From contig JBHGNT010000016.1 in NCBI GenBank assembly GCA_043228905.1, forward strand, positions 4,216,001-4,280,000: DNA of 64,000 bases. The letters run 5' to 3'. This DNA comes from Azolla caroliniana (lineage: Eukaryota; Plantae; Polypodiophyta). Of the stretch, positions 11,301-24,793 are shown piece by piece; position 1 is the first letter of the stretch; each line of letters starts with the position of its first letter. The notes under the pieces are model-generated. The model searched no databases. It was not told the DNA's origin and worked only from the letters and a program-made list of their open reading frames with translations. Both the position numbers and the translations under genes were made by a program.

Positions 11301-13384
11301 ATATTTGAATAGACATGAAAGTAGTTCCATCTTCAAGAAAAACTTCTAGTCAGTGAGACCCCCCTTGCCCCCAAGATGTGACCCCACAATTTACCATGTA
11401 TGCATGAGTGCTCCTGAGGAGCAGATTTATCAACATATCCAGAACTAAATTTGCCATTGATAACATGTATGTGATATTAACTATTATAGGCTATAGCTAG
11501 TCTCAGCTTTTCATGTTTATATTAGTCTTGATTTGAAGTGTTTCTCATGTGCCTTACATAGAAATTTTTCTGTTGTAATCTTCATCTTCTTCTACATATT
11601 TTGCAGCATCCTTAAAATTCTCTTTACTAATTGCCAAGTGTCCATTTTATGCAAAAACTATTATGGAATTATGAGAACGTAAGAAAAATTTGTAGGAATT
11701 TATTAGAAACATCATAGACTGCTGTTGGATTTTGTTCCTTTATGGTGTGTATGTTCAACCTGCATTTTCGTAAATGAGAATATTATTTTCTCTTTTGTGG
11801 ATGGTGCGTGAATTCAACCTTCTTCATGGTGTTGGGGCATCCTTCAAAGCTTCTAGAAAGACAACTATTTGCTCCAAAAGGATTAAATCTCGGACAATTA
11901 TAGTCTAATGGATACTTATTCTCTTCCTTTTTCGGTAGGTTTCCTCAGTGGCGCCCAACATTCCAGCCATGTACGAAATGCATTTCGGTGTCCCAATGGC
12001 AGGTGCTGTCCTCAACACATTGAACATTCGCCTAAATGCACAAACAATGGCGAGCATTTTGCAACACTCCGAATCCAAGGCAGTGTTTGTAGACTATCAA
12101 TATTTACCCCTCATTTATGAATCAATGGAAATCTTATCTCATGAGGCTTCAGAATTACCCACCATTGTTGTTATCCATGACCAACTGGCTGCTGAACCCA
12201 CCCCTGATTTCAAAGAGCTTGATTATGAAAGCTTATTGAAAACAGGTGACTCAGGGTTCAAGTTTCAGTGGCCAACAGATGAGTGGGAAACTATAAGCCT
12301 CAACTATACATCTGGGACAACCTCGAGGCCAAAAGGGGTGATTTATCACCACAGGGGTGCATATATAAACTCGCTTATATCAATATTGATGTGGAGGATG
12401 CCTGATTTTCCCGTATATCTCTGGACAGTACCAATGTTCCACTGCAATGGGTGGTGTTTTACCTGGGCAGTGGCTGCCCAGGCTGGGACCAATATATGCC
12501 TTCGGAATGTTACCGCTAAGAGTGCCTTTGAAGCTATAGCCGATCACAAAGCTACTCACTTAGCGGGCGCACCTACGGTGTTAAGTATTCTTGCATCGGC
12601 GAGGGCCGATGAAATCAAGCCATTGCCATCAACTGTTCATGTTTTAACTGGGGGTGCCCCTCCTGCTCCTACCATACTTTCTCGTATGAAGAGCTTAGGA
12701 TTCGATGTCACCCACTCATATGGACTTACTGAGACATTTGGCCCTGCATTGTATTGTCGATGGCGGCCTGAATGGAACTCTCTCTCACCTAATGAACAAG
12801 CTGCTTTAAAAGCTCGCCAAGGGCTAGCTACTCTTTCTGTGGCTGAAGCGGCTGTGATGGAGTCTGAAACCATGCAAAAGGTCCCGAGTGATGGGAAAAC
12901 AATCGGTGAAGTGATGCTCAGAGGAGTTGCATTGATGAAAGGCTATCTTAAAGACGAGGCAGCAACGAAAGCAGCTTTCAAAGGAGGGTGGTTTCACACT
13001 GGAGACTTGGGTGTTATGCATCCAGATGGTTATATTCAGCTGAAGGACCGATCCAAGGACATCATTATTTCAGGTGGGGAGAACATAAGCAGTATTGAGG
13101 TTGAAACAGTGTTGTATAGTCATCCACAGGTTCTTGAGGCTGCTGTTGTTGCTCAGCCCAATGACTATTGGGGTGAAACACCGTGTGCATTTGTGCATGC
13201 GGTGAGTGATAATGTATCGGCCGAAAGCATTATTCAGTATTGCCGAGAACGGTTGCCTCGATATATGGCCCCCCGTGTTGTAGTTTTTGGAGAGTTGCCG
13301 AAGACTGCCACCGGAAAAGTTCAGAAATACATCCTCAGGGAACGAGCTAAGGCCTTACCGAAAGATAACTTAAGCAAACTGTAA
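8336..13384 (+). CDS. Peroxisomal acyl-activating enzyme (plant AAE clade I, short-chain acyl/benzoyl-CoA ligase-like), 546 aa
   Basis: Exons 8336-8530 and 11939-13384 joined by a phase-0 GT-AG intron. Motifs: ANYPALTPLVFLER, AMP-binding YTSGTTSRPKG, YGLTE, GWFHTGD, LPKTATGKVQK, and a C-terminal PTS1 SKL. Confidence 0.95.
8610..9860. repeat. Degenerate ~50-55 bp minisatellite array in the AAE intron
   Basis: Recurring consensus roughly TTTCC(C)TTTGAAATTAGTTGAAATGTTGAAGTTCCATGCTTTCTACACATG. Confidence 0.7.
10690..10930 (+). mobile_element. LINE fragment homologous to the element at 14585-16385
   Basis: Aligns by eye to the reverse complement of ~15030-15250 (AAAAGTCAAGAATATG...GTTGGGT...AGATGG..GTGGAAGA). 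Confidence 0.7.
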
Positions 13385-13579
13385 TTTAAAATCCCGAGGT
13401 TGTCTTGTGTTCGCAAATGGAATCTTGCATGTATTCTTGGAAGACAAAATATATAAATAGTTGCCTCATTCATTTTGAGTAAAAATATTAGCTATTCTTG
13501 CCTTGGAACAAATTTCATCATGAAATGAACATTTAATTCTTGGTTTTTCCAAAGGTAGCAAGCTTATTACATCATTATG

Positions 13580-14250
13580 TTTCTAAGATTGGACATAATG
13601 GCATTCCACCAAAAATTTGTGCAAACATCTCTACATAAATTGAAACAATGAATAGCTATCGTTTACCAATGAATTGCCAATATGTCAAACCTCATGCAAA
13701 TCCAATGGTTAAAGTCACAAACTTTTCTAAGTGCAAATATATCCAACTAACATCATCCATCACAAGGTTGGTGATCGCAAGAGAGTCTACATTTTACATA
13801 TTAAAATAAGCCTATAAAAGAAATAATACATTTGTTTGGTTCAACAAAGTGAATAACAATTTTGCCATTGCATCGGGCCAATGAATTGCCAATTGTTTAA
13901 TCCTTTTTGCATATCCAATTATTGATAAGAACAAAAACTTGTCCAACTGTACAACTATTTCCTACATGATATACCACAATGTTATTAGCCTTGGGAAGAC
14001 CCAACATCTCTTCATATAGAGAAGCACCACATAAAGCTCACAAAGAAGCAATAAGATTTTGAATTTCAATGCCTTTTTGTCAACATGATTAGGTATCTAA
14101 CATAGGAAGATGATAATACTCAAATTAATTCCCAAGGTTATTCAAATCTGGTCAAAATAAGGTGTTAAAGATTATCCCAAGGCTCAATGAAAAATATTGT
14201 TCCCAATATGTGTCTACATTGTATGTTCTTAAAGTTAATTCTACTTTTTT
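13580..14250 (-). pseudogene. Heavily decayed PPR gene remnant
   Basis: Minus-strand IGNSLV (~13670), IGNSLA (~13885) and WNAIM (~13600) are PPR-like motifs. No open frame. Confidence 0.45.
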
Positions 14251-14584
14251 AATGAATTTTATAACTAATGGATGGAGTTTTTTTTTATGGAAAAAAAAAA
14301 TCTACTTTAATGAGAGAAGATAGTATAAATTGTTAGAATCATCGCAATTCAATATAGGGAAAAAATTGGTTCATGAATTACCTTGGTCATTAACAAAGGA
14401 TTGTCAAAGTCTTGATTCGTGACAAATGCCCCATTTGGGTGGAGGCATTAGATTTTCCTCCCTTTTTGGAGTGATCTTTAAACTACAAATGTTAGATAGA
14501 TGGATATTTTTTAGCATCCATAGATAGGCCAATATTGACCCATAGGACCTAAGTACAAATATTATCTTGATGTATGTCGCCTTC

Positions 14585-16385
14585 CTAAGATGGGATATCC
14601 ATACTTTGAACCACCAAATCTATGTGTGCGAATAAGGCATACACATATGAACTCAACCTTCTAGGTGTTCTCTTTAGTATGATACTCAACTCATCACCCC
14701 CTCTTAATATATCATCATAACTTTTACGAATTGCTCTATATTCGGAGCATGAAAATAGCAAGTGACATTCATCCTCTAGTAGCCCTTCCTTACATACCTT
14801 ACATGTCTTTATATTTGGCTGATTTTGATTCCATAATGCAACTTCAATACCTAGGTTGTGTGATCGAATGCGAAGGAGTGTTAGGGATATACAAGAGTTA
14901 ATACTCATGTTAGTAATGAGGTAAGGTTGAATATGATTGATAGGCCTTCTTGCCCTATATAGAACCCAACATTCAAGATTGATGTTTGCAATGTAATATT
15001 CTAATTTGTCCTTTTGGCATCTTTCCACTTCTTCCTTAGTGGGTCCATGAATCGTTCCTCAATAACTACATATTTCATTGCATCACTTGAAAGCTCTAGG
15101 AGATCTTCCACATTCCATCTTTTGAACTATTTTTTGATGTCAACTACCCAACTAGATGAGAGAATTTTGCACTTGTGATTCTTTTGTAGTTTACATCCAA
15201 CATTCCAAGCAAGATGTGGTAATCTATGATTTGACATATTCTTGACTTTTTTAATGTATCTATATACTCTCCATAGCGCAAATATCGCTATAGGCCGAAC
15301 TCATGTTTCCAAGAGCACAACTTGGTAGACGGTGGTGTATTTTACTCCCAATTGTCTCTTTAAAAACATCTTTTGAATTTTCTCAATCTCATTCCATGCA
15401 TTAAGAGATATGGGGCCTCCCCACACTTCTACTGTATAAAGCAAAACGTGTGTTACCATGTCATTAAATAACATTCGTTTCACTTCCCATCCCTGAGTAA
15501 CTATGGTTGCATTTATTTTCCAACATATAATAACTTTTCCAACCAACTTGAAGTCTAGACTCAAAGCATACACTCCATTTATTCGTGGCAGGTAGATCGA
15601 TACCAAGATACTTAAAGCTTTGTATAAACATGTTCTCCTTTATATGTAAGCATAGGGTATTGGTGCGGTGGATCGTTCACACTACCATCATTTTTGTTTT
15701 ATTCACATTTACAGTTAGTCCACTACTTTGGCAAAATAACATTAGTTTCACCTCTCATCCGTGAGTATCACTTTGGTTGCATTTATTTTCCAACATATAA
15801 TAACTTTTCCAACCAACTTGAAGTCTAGACTCAAAGCATACATTCCATTTATTCGTGGCAGGTACATCGATACCAAGATACTTAAAGCTTTGTACAATTT
15901 GTACATGTTCTCCCTTATATATAAGCATATGGTATTGGCTAGGCTTTCACACTACCATCATTTTGTTTTATCCACATTTACAGTTAGTCCACTGCTTTGG
16001 CAAAATGTTTCTAATGCTCCAAGTAAACATTGCATGCCATCAACATCATATGAAAAGAGAACCACGTCATCCGCATATAATAGCAATAAGATAGATTGTT
16101 GATTTAGTTTTGGCGCATTTCTTGCAACCCTATTAACCACTTGTTCCAAATTATCAATGCATAAACCAAAGAGTGTAGGTGATGATGGGCATCCTTGCTT
16201 AACCCCCATGTTACTTAAAAAGTGTTCCAAAAAACCATCCTCAATGCTTAGTTGGCATCTAACTTGCTCATATAATCGTGCAATAGTAACTCAATACTCT
16301 AATGGCATGCCAATTTCCACCATTCTATTCCAAAGCTCATGTCATGGAATTGTATCAAATGCTTTTTAAAAATAAACAAAGCAAC
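14585..16385 (-). mobile_element. 5'-truncated non-LTR retrotransposon (RTEX/L2-like LINE): RT plus C-terminal CCHC, disrupted
   Basis: KAFDTIP, GVKQGCPSSPTLF, LLYADDVVL, GLTVNVDKTK. C-terminal RIRSHNLGIE...CKVC...EDECHLLFSCSEY. Internal ~270-bp duplication (15505/15775). Confidence 0.85.
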
Positions 16386-17653
16386 AATTGAGTTTAGGAG
16401 GGAGTTGTTTACGTGAAAAGAAAATGTTCGTTGCTAGCTATTCAATCTCCTAGACGCAGCGTATTGAGGGTGGTCTACCAATCATCCACAACTTCTTCCC
16501 GAGTTCGTAGTCATGCAAGAAAACACGATCAACCATCACCAGTATGTACATGCTCCTTCAATAATTTTTCTTTAATTGTATTGTCCCATCTATTCTATGA
16601 AGAGAAGAGGAGACATGCTTGTGGATAAAACAAAACACATTATGAATGATATGCAACATGAATATTGTGAAGACAAAAAATGGCATTGTTTTTGCTCCAA
16701 TTACAAACATATATACATACGTAGTAATAGTATAATATACATACACACATAGTAATAGTAGCTCTCTATGCACGTGGGTTGCTCTTATATTTGTTTGCAT
16801 TATTGTAGGAATCTAAATTTCTATTCCTTCTTATTTTGTTTTACTTAACTTCTAAACTCTGTTTTTTCCCATTTTAAATGGTTTTCTAATTTTTATTAGT
16901 CAATCCACTTTTTAGTTCGTTTAAATTAATTAATATGTTCGTATTAAGTATTAAGATTATTTATTTATTTTGTAATAAAAGAACAATTTCGTAATTAATT
17001 ATTCCATTGACACATTATTCTTATTTTACTGTTCTATTTTTTTTACTTGATCAGTTAGATTTGTTTTCCCTTTTTAATTGTTTACCATTTCTTTTATGTG
17101 CATTTATCTATTTCTTTTTGTTTATTTTTATTCATTTAGTTTTGGAATAAAGGAGGGTTAAAAATCGAAATAGGCATATAAGCGTACAAACGCAATGGGG
17201 ACAGAAAGGTAAATAGTAGGAACATTAAAAGGAGGGTTAAAGCTACACACACACACACACACATCCATACATCTCAAAGTTTCAATTTTGGTACTATAAC
17301 ATGTAATACAAAATATGAAGGACAAATGTTTTCTCGTGGCAGCTCAAAAGTTGGGTTTCGAAGAGCAAAGAAAGATCATTCCGGCCATACACTTGCGCCA
17401 CAAGCGGAAAACCAATCAAGCCTAGAAAGGTGGAGGAGGAGAAGAAGAAGAAGAATGATGTAGCTATGCATCATCGATCCATCTCTATCTATGGGTAGAT
17501 CTATATATATAGATTGATTGACATACATGTCTTCTTGTCTAATCTCTAACTAAGTCTTGAAGAAAAGCACAATGTGTGTGGAGGAATGTGGTGGTGTTCC
17601 TAGAGAAAGAGAGAAGCCAATAATAGAGACGAAGAGTATGTAGTGTAAACTTG

Positions 17654-18035
17654 CATAGTATGTAATATACTCGAATGCATTGGCAACCATTCTTTTCCAT
17701 ACGGATGAAAACGAATGCGTATGTTATCAAAACATTGTTATGTGTTTTTTTTTTACCTTACATTTAAATAATGAATACAAAAGTATGGTGTTTACGATCC
17801 TTTGTGGGTGTTTACCATACTCGAAATGTTTTGAAACATACTCGAATGCGAGTGCACGTATGGTTTATACTATGGAACTTCTAAGTTCTAACTTTAAAGA
17901 CTAAAGTATCGGAGTTTGTGAAAGAGTCGTCTTCCGAATTTCGTAGAGAAAAGAAGGGTGTGTTTACCATACTCGAATGGTTGAAACATGCTCGAGTGCG
18001 AATATGCACGTATGGTACGTATGGTTTATACTATG
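17654..18035. mobile_element. CATAGTA-terminated hAT-like MITE with a duplicated right end, in the SRP19 promoter
   Basis: Left end CATAGTATGTAA; right ends TTTATACTATG at 17874 and 18035. Internal TTTTCC..CG..GAAAACGAA resembles the 58259 element. No clean TSD. Confidence 0.5.
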
Positions 18036-18194
18036 TAACTTCGACGTTAAAGACTTAAAAAGTAAAGTAGTGGAGAGTTTGTGAAAGAGTCGTCTTCTTG
18101 AATTTCGTAGAGAAAAAAGAGAAAGAAAAAGAAGGGGGAGGGAACACCTTCCTCCCCTGTTCCTCCTCCCCTGTTCCTGTTTGTTTGTGTAGCT

Positions 18195-21100
18195 ATGGAA
18201 GGCAGAGACACCTCCAGATGGGTCATCATCTACCCCATCTACCTCAACGCCAAGAAGACGCTCGCCGAAGGTCGTCGCATCGCCGTCAGCCGAGCCTGCG
18301 AGAATCCCACCTGCACAGAGATCGGCGACTGCTGTACCTTCCTCAACCTCCCCTTCTCTCACGAGGTATTGCTTCCCCTCCCACCATTTATTCACTCTTC
18401 TCTTTCGGCTCGGGGAGGTTCTTCTCCGTTTTCCATGATAATATCGACGGGCTCAGCTTTCCCGTATAGTGCCTGCCTTTTTTCGGCCAGTGCCCTAACG
18501 AGACTCTCCACAATTTGGGGAGCTTTAGTAAAATCAAGCTAATGCATCTCTTATGATAAAATAAACTAAAATTCGATGAGTTATGAAATCAGCCAAAATG
18601 CCCTCCCTAAAGAAGGAATTGAAGCGTCCTTGGGCTCCACATTTGGGGAGCTTTAGTAAAATCAAGCTAATGCATCTCTGATCATAAAAAACAAATTGAT
18701 GAGTCATTAAATCAGCCAAAATGCCCTCCCTAAAGAAGGGATTGAAACATCCTTGGGATCTGGTTGCAAATTATGGGTTGTGGCATATGGAGATCCATAT
18801 ATCCAGGGTGTAGTATAAATCCATCCTCAGTGACATATGGTTATTCCTGGTAAAAGGTAAAGGTAAAGAGGGATGTTTGAGGGAGCAGCTGTTGAGGGAT
18901 GATGTTCTGCAAACAGAGAGTAGAGACACAGATTTTTGGGTGCACCCAACCGCCTTGATTGGTACACAAGAAGAAAATGTTATTATATTAGTTAACCCTA
19001 CAAAGAAAGAGGTGTGTTCACATTACAAAAGGAGGTGTCCTGTCCAGGTGAACAATGTGTTCACATATACGAATAATTACCTAATTTGTGAACTACGGGC
19101 CTTTACACCTAACAACCTCCCACTTAAAGGTCTGATGTGAACATTCAAGTAACTCCCACTAACTATATGCAATGCTCATGTTGAGCTTTACCAAGACTTT
19201 TAGAGAGAATATTTGCAGGATTATCCTGTGTTTTGATCTTGGTCAATGTGACTAGACCATCCTCCAAAACTTGTTTGATAAAGTGATGTTGCACATCAAA
19301 GTGTTTGGTGTGCGAATGAAACATGGAATTCTTAGCCAGATACACAACACTCTGGCAATCACATCCTAACATAGGAGTACTAACAGACATGCCAAGATCT
19401 TCAGCAAGTCTACTGAGCCATATAGCTTCCTTTGAAGCTTCTGTAGCTGAAATATATTCAGCTTCAGTAGTACTCAGTGATACAATCTTTTGCAATTTGG
19501 AGCACCAAGACATTGCTCCACCAACAACTGTAAATATATACCCGCTAGTAGACTTACGTGTATCCAAATCACCTGCCATGTCTGCATCACAATATCCCTA
19601 CAAACTTAATGCACCCTTCCCATAGTAAACATTTTCTCTGTGTACCTTTAAGATACCTGAAAACACACTTGACAACCTCCCAATGTGCTTTGCCCGAATT
19701 AGACATATAACGATTGACAACTCCCATTGCATAAGCAATATTTGGACGAGTAGCCACCATAGCATACATTAGAGAACCACATGTTGATGCATAAGGAATT
19801 CCCTTCATAGCATTGACTTACATCTCATCCTTTGGACAATCAGCCTTGCTAAGTTTAAGATATGAAGGCAAAGGAACTCCAAGGCACTTTGCTTCTGCCA
19901 TATTAAATCTGTTAAGTACTTTTTCAATGTACTTTTCTTGTGACAAAAACAACAATTTGTCCTTTCTGTTTTTACTGATTTTCATGCCCAAAATATGCTT
20001 TGCATTTCCCAAATCTTTCATAGAGAAGATCACTTTCAGTTGATCTTTTAGAGCATCAAGACTAGTCTTTCTTTTCCTAGCTAACAACATATCATCCACA
20101 TATAGAACAAGTATGATGGGATTGTCATTGATATCCTTTTTTGTGTATAAACAATGATTTGCATAGCTATGATCAAAACCTTGAGAAAGCATAAATGTAT
20201 CAAACTTCTTATACCACTGTCGTGGTGCCTGTTTTAGGCCATATAGGCTACACTTTAGTTTGCATACCAAATGCTCCTTGTTACGGACTACAAAACCCTC
20301 AGGTTGTTTCATGTAGATCTCTTCATCAATATCACCATGCAAAAAACGGTCATTACATCCATTTGGTAGAACTCCAGATTAAGCATTGCAGTGAGAGCAA
20401 ATAGCACACGAAGTGTGGTCATCTTCACAACAGGAGAGAAGACCTCTTGGAAGTCAATACCTTCTTTCTGTGGTGCATAACCCTTGGCAACTAATATTGC
20501 CTTGTATTTTGGTTTCCCTTCAATTTTCTTTACTTTATAAACCCACTTATTTGGAAGAGCTTTCCTTCCTTCAGGTAAGGACACAAGATCCCAAGTATCA
20601 TTTGCATACAAAGATTTTATTTCTTCTTGCATTGCAAGCTCCCACTTACTACTAAGTTGACATGACATTGCCTCCTTATAAGTAAGTGGTTCACCCCCAT
20701 CTGACAGCATGACATAATGCAAAGAGGGGTCATATCTATATATTTGCCTCCTTAAACGATTAGACCTACATACCCAATGATCAGAATTTTCAGGGATTGG
20801 TTCTAAATCTGGAGGAAAATCAGTTTCAGTGCTTTCTGACTGTTGCAAACCATGTCTAGCATGTCGTTCAACATCTATATTTTGTTGTTCAGTACCTTCA
20901 TCTCGTTGTCCAACACCTTCATGAGCATCTCTTTGCCGTCCAACTTCTTCTGGCTCAAAGATAACTGGTCGATCATCATATTTAACCTTTGGTATAGCAT
21001 CATGAGGTTTATTTTCAGATTTTGTGGATGGCTGTAATTGCCGAAATGTAACGCTCTTAGAGTTCTCAACAGAGGAACAAGCATTTTTCAGCAATTTTTC

Positions 21101-24100
21101 TTCATTAAAAACAACATCCTGGCTGCGTACAATTTTTTTGGACTGAGGTAACCAAATCCTATAGCCCATTTCACCTTCATCACCATAGCCCATAAAAATG
21201 GTGGACTTAGATCGAGCTTGTTTCTCAGCTCACTTCTAATGTGTACAAATGAATCACAATCGAAAATTCGTAAATGGTAATATGAGGCTGGTTTGCCAGA
21301 CCAAACCTCCTCAAGGATTCCATTCTTTAAAGGCATGTTGGGAGAACGATTACATATATGAGCCGCGGTTTTTAATGCTTCTCCCCAAAATTCATGAGGG
21401 AGATTAGTTGTGGACAGCATGCACTGTACTTGCTCACACAAGGTCCTATTATACCTTTCTACCACCCCATTTGATGAAGGGTTATCTTTTAATACCATGT
21501 AAGTCACAAAAGGACTTAATTTTGCAGATGTAAACTCACCCCCATTATCTGTTCTAAGACATTTCAATTTTGTCCCTTTTTGGGTAGTCACAAATGCATG
21601 AAAAGATTTAAATGCATCACCTTTTTTTATCATCAAGTACACCCAAATCTTCCTAGAATAATCATTGATAACGGAAATAAAATATGCAGCACCGCCCAAA
21701 GATTTTACAGGCATGCTACATACATCAGAATGCACCAAATCTAGCACATTTGGTTTATGAGAGACACCAGAATAATAAGAATTTTTCACTTGTTTGTCAA
21801 ATAGACAATCATTACAAAAAACCAGCTTTGATCCTTTAATGTCAAGTCTTTTTAGAGCAAAAAGGACTTCAAGTCCTTTTTGGCTCATATGTCCTAATCT
21901 CTTATGCCAAAGCTCTAAACGAATTCAGCAATAGCAAGAAACCTTCCAGGTAAAGCTTTACATTGCAAAAAGTAGAGAGTGCCCTTTTTGCAACCTTTCA
22001 CAATAACCATAGATCCTTTCTTAAGTTTCCACAATCCACCACCGAATAATGTGGTGTAACCATGCAAATCCATTGTCCTACAGATAGCAAACTTTTCTTA
22101 ATGCCAAGTACATACCTGACATCTTTGAGCACGATCTCTTGACCATTATCCAAAGACAAGTGTATGGTGCCAATACCATCAATATTGTAAGCACTATTGT
22201 TACCAAGATAAACTTTTCCATAATTGCATGCATCAAATGTGGTAAAGCACTCCAAACATGGAGTAACATGAAAAGAAACCCTTGAGTCTACTATCCACGT
22301 TTGTGTAATCCATCATCGATTGACAATAAAGCATCAATAACATCTGTTTTGGTGATTTGCATCTTGAACATGAGCTATGAAGGCATCATCTGTAATACAA
22401 AGTACATCACCATCTTCACCAGATAGGTCTTCAATGATAACATTTGAAGCCATATTAGCTTTCCCTGTTGTATTAAATTTATCATCTTTATTTTTCTTCT
22501 CTCCTACATTCTTCTTCCTTTCTAGTTCCATCTTCCAATATCTACAATCAGGTTTCTTATGACCTTTACGGCCACACTGATAGCATGTGATATCTTGTTG
22601 CTTTCCTTTCCCTCTACTTTTACTTCTATTTATTTGTCTTACATTTGGGTTCCTATTATCATATCTCCCCCTAATATTGTATGTTGAACCACTACCTTCT
22701 CCGCTAGATTGTCTTCTAATCTCTTCATTGAGAATAGAGCCCCACACACTGCTGATTCTGAATCTAAAAAAACAGAAAAGCAGAGGAAAGAGATTTGGCT
22801 CTGCTACCAGTTACAGGTAAAGAGGGATGTTTGAGGGAGCAGCTATTGAGGGATGATGTTCAGCAAACAAAGAGTAGAGACACAGATTTTTGGGTGTACC
22901 CAACCGCCTTGTTTGGTACACAAGAAAAAAAGGTTATTATATTAGTCAACCCTACAAAGAAAGAGGTGTGTTCACATTACAAAAGGAGGTGTCCTGTCCA
23001 GGTGAACAATGTGTTCACATATACGAATAATTACCTAATTTGTGAACTACGGGCCTTTACACCTAACAAAAGGTAGTACAAGGTCATACCTGAAAAATGT
23101 TGATGAACAATGGTAAAGTACCAAAGAGGCTAGCAGCAGCAGAGATATAAACTTAACTTTGGTCTTGATGCCATCTGTTGGAAAAACAAGTAAGAACACT
23201 AGAATCTGGCCATGGATTCATTCTGTTGTAGATAGCTAGGTGGTGTCAAAAACCTAGCCGTAATAGATGTTTTCCATGTCTTGCGTTGTCTGGGTCTAGT
23301 CAGATGTTCTCGAGTCCTCTGAAAATGTTGAGGCCATCATCTTTGGGTCTTCCAAGTCACAAGTATTGCATTGTGTATTTTGCGTCCTAGCATTGAAGTG
23401 TTCTATGACGGATACATTGCTTACACTAAATACTGCATAATGCTCTCCAATAGGACACTGTAAGGTGATTCAATTTCTTTGTCTCTTTATCATGTCATCA
23501 TCAAGGAAGATAGGGGCCCCATCCAGCCCATGTATTATGGCTTATTTTCTTAGGAAGGCAATTCTTTTGTACTTTGTTCAGAAATTGTCATAGTAATGCT
23601 CGACCTTTAGCAGTGTCTTTTCCCACTCCCTAGGAGTTGGTGAATGTGGTTGCTTCTTCCTTGTTATGCTGAGCTTGGTACAAAGTGTCTTTCCATCTCG
23701 GTCAAGGGTGGCATTCTGTAACTCAGGGATACCGGTGACTCACACATTGAGTTGTCTCACATGCCTCATCTGCTAGTCTTCCAATGCAGTTTGCATAAAA
23801 TTTGATTTGATTTACATAATCAAAATAGTTGTTAGAATAGGGAGATACTCGTCTTTGGTATGCTGAAATGCAGGAATGATAGCAGTCACATTTCATAAAT
23901 ATAAATGAATCAAACCCATTCCAATGTAGCTTGGATTATTCATTGTGACCAAGGTGGATAAGAATAGAGTTATCCAAACTGATATCATTCAATTGGATGA
24001 TGAAAGAACATGGGTCAACCTACAATGTCTCTTGATGGGAAACTGGGTAGTATGATTTTGGAGATAGTATTGTCTCTTTCAACAAGGTTTTAGCCCACTC

Positions 24101-24793
24101 TCAATAGTACAATAATAAGGTTATTGTATTATCGAGTGTAACATTGGGGAGATAGCATTGCCTCTTTGAACAAGGTTTTAGCCCACTCTGCAAGGTAATG
24201 GAATATGAAGACCAATGATACTTGGGACTGTTCTTTCTAGACATTGAGAGACATAGATACTAATGTCTTGTTCAGTCTTGTAGGCCATTTTGGCCCAGTC
24301 ATGAGAATGCAGATGAGAAATTTTTATTATGTGTCATTTAGAAGAGGTTCAAAATGTCTTGTTGTTTTCAAATACCAATTCAGTTTTGTAGTATGGAAAT
24401 CTCTCCATTAATACCCAATACTGTGTTTTTTTACTTTAACAGCCTGGAAAAGCTTATCCTAGGGATGCTACCACACAAATAGGGCGAGTACGGGTGCAAT
24501 TGAAAAGAGATGATGGAAGTCTCGTAAATGCAGCCATACCTTCACGTAAAAAATTTATTTTTTGACATTCTATGTAAACAAAGATCTGTTAGACCTAGAA
24601 GTAATTGTTTTCAAATTTTGAATTGAAAGTCTTATGTCTTTCAGGTAAAGCTTTGATGATGAAGGTAGCGGAGATGGTACCAAAACATGTGGGACGATCA
24701 TCAAGGAAAGTAGAACAGGGGCCTTCAGCATCAGCTTCTTCAAACACGAGTGCCAGTGGGAAGTCGGGAAAAAGTGGGAAGAAAAAAAGATAG
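18195..24793 (+). CDS. SRP19: Signal recognition particle 19 kDa protein, 140 aa
   Basis: Exons 18195-18365, 24443-24545, 24645-24793. Motifs: [35 protein letters not shown] and a basic C-terminal tail. Confidence 0.95.
18858..23068 (-). mobile_element. Ty1/Copia LTR retrotransposon, both LTRs present but coding region decayed, in SRP19 intron 1
   Basis: 257-bp LTRs at 18858-19114 and 22812-23068. TSD AAAGG (18853-18857, 23069-23073). PBS TGGTAGCAGAGC (22798-22809). PPT AAGTGGGAGGT next to 19114. Domains in Copia order: gag [14 protein letters not shown], protease [15 protein letters not shown], integrase, RT LYVDDML, RNase H. Confidence 0.95.
23074..23800 (-). mobile_element. Old LINE endonuclease-region remnant into which the Copia inserted
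   Basis: Minus-strand VIEHFNART (GDFNAR-like). Clear nucleotide similarity to 28860-29200 (AGATAGCTAGGTGGTGT). Confidence 0.55.

Noticed and set aside
18877-23076. Plus-strand ORFs 18877-19140 and 22795-23076
   Set aside because: They are antisense read-throughs of the two LTRs.
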